Positions 22,818 through 23,628 of a stretch of DNA of 23,628 nucleotides are shown here, in pieces. Under the pieces are notes generated by a model. That model did no database searches, was not told the origin of the DNA, and saw only the letters and a list, made by a program, of their open reading frames with translations. The first letter of the stretch is position 1; each line of letters starts with the position of its first letter. The position numbers and the translations under genes are program-made. Source of the DNA: Clostridia bacterium (GTDB lineage: Bacteria > Bacillota > Clostridia > Christensenellales > Aristaeellaceae). The stretch covers positions 1 through 23,628 of the forward strand of contig JAUNDF010000031.1 in NCBI GenBank assembly GCA_030526225.1, written 5' to 3'.

Positions 22818-23628
22818 ATCGGACATAATACATGCCGCCGGGCATGACCAGCAAATCACCGAAGAATTCAATGCATGCCGCGGTGTTGCCTTCCTTGTCC
22901 TTCAGGTAATAGAAATCCGTTCCGCCGGTAACCATGGTGGCGCTGTGCATGCCGGTTACGGTCATGGCGGCAAAATCTGCCGGTGTCAGCTCGGTTTCAA
23001 AGTCCTCTGCACCTGTCTCGCACCCCATGGCGCAGGCGGAGACGGTCAGGCCGGTCAGGTCAAGGTCGACATAGCCGCAGAATTCCAGCAGGGGTACCGG
23101 CTGAAAGCCTGCCGGGGAAATGTATGGATCGCCGTTAAAGGATGGAACCTTCGGGAACAGCTTTCGTAATGTCCGGTACAGGGACTGGGCGGCAGGCGTG
23201 GTATTTTCAAACATGCTGTCACCGGAGGTGCCCAGCAGGACAATGTCATCCTTCCCGCGGCAGGCAAAGCTTTTCTGTGTACCCGCATCACAGGCATCGG
23301 AGCTGTAATGCTCCTCCTGTGGCTGGACGGTATTCACAAGGCTTTTGATGTCAAACAGGCTGTTTGAGGAAATACTGCCGGCCTCTTCCAGCAAATCCGT
23401 GGTTTCGGCCCAGGTCAGCAGCTCATCGTCCTCAAAGGGTACGCCGTCCCGGGATAAACTGCTGTAGGTCCACAGGTTGCCTTCATCATCCAGCGCACCG
23501 AAGGAGAAACGCTCTCCCCAGCCCAGCTGCTGGTACGATGTCATCAGAATGATGGTCCGGCTTTCAGCCATGGCGGTGGCGGTTCCGAGCAGCATCACGA
23601 TCAACAGTATACACCAAAGCTTTTTCAT
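22816..23628 (-). CDS. Secreted hypothetical protein (signal peptide)
   Basis: 270 aa. N-terminus MKKLWCILLIVMLLGTATAMA is a signal peptide. The start codon lies at the last bases of the window. TAA stop. No family recognised. Confidence 0.6.
   Translation of the reverse strand: MKKLWCILLIVMLLGTATAMAESRTIILMTSYQQLGWGERFSFGALDDEGNLWTYSSLSRDGVPFEDDELLTWAETTDLLEEAGSISSNSLFDIKSLVNTVQPQEEHYSSDACDAGTQKSFACRGKDDIVLLGTSGDSMFENTTPAAQSLYRTLRKLFPKVPSFNGDPYISPAGFQPVPLLEFCGYVDLDLTGLTVSACAMGCETGAEDFETELTPADFAAMTVTGMHSATMVTGGTDFYYLKDKEGNTAACIEFFGDLLVMPGGMYYVR

Noticed and set aside
1-23628. CRISPR arrays, IS elements/transposases, rRNA genes, and prophage structural genes
   Set aside because: No regularly spaced repeats, terminal inverted repeats with a transposase, rRNA-like sequence, or capsid/tail/terminase-like ORFs were seen anywhere in the window.

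Overview
The window appears to come from a high-GC, Clostridia-like chromosome; this taxon guess is inference only. It has three parts.

(1) Positions 1-606 hold the C-terminal end of a LysR-type regulator. This is followed by a truncated tRNA (only the 3' two-thirds) and a strong terminator hairpin.

(2) Positions ~607-10083 form a visibly lower-GC island that looks like an integrative mobilizable element.
- Mobility genes: a large serine recombinase with an overlapping Xre-type HTH gene, a MobA/MobL (MobQ-type) relaxase, an RSF1010-like oriT nick motif, a DUF3847-like accessory protein and a sigma-70 region-4/HTH protein.
- Cargo, all on the minus strand: a macro-domain protein and a DUF1863 TIR-like protein forming a Thoeris-like pair, a DUF4417 protein, and a GHH/HNH nuclease toxin with a putative immunity gene.

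(3) Positions ~10150-23628 are GC-rich chromosome.
- A six-gene polyamine operon (speA, speE, speB, carboxynorspermidine dehydrogenase, nspC, aspartate kinase) sits behind a ~420-nt unassigned leader that has a consensus promoter and an attenuator.
- Next come cheR, then a c-di-GMP-I (GEMM-I) riboswitch with a terminator in front of an HTH gene and a hybrid sensor kinase.
- A Cys-rich membrane protein and a secreted protein complete the window.

The most unusual signal is that every interruption of a conserved gene by a stop codon is an in-frame TAG. There are seven clear cases and one ambiguous case. The reading frame and the conserved domain continue across each TAG. No gene in the window unambiguously terminates with TAG, and no in-frame TAA or TGA interrupts any conserved gene body that lies fully inside the window. 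This suggests amber readthrough or recoding rather than ordinary pseudogenes. Confirming it needs whole-genome data.
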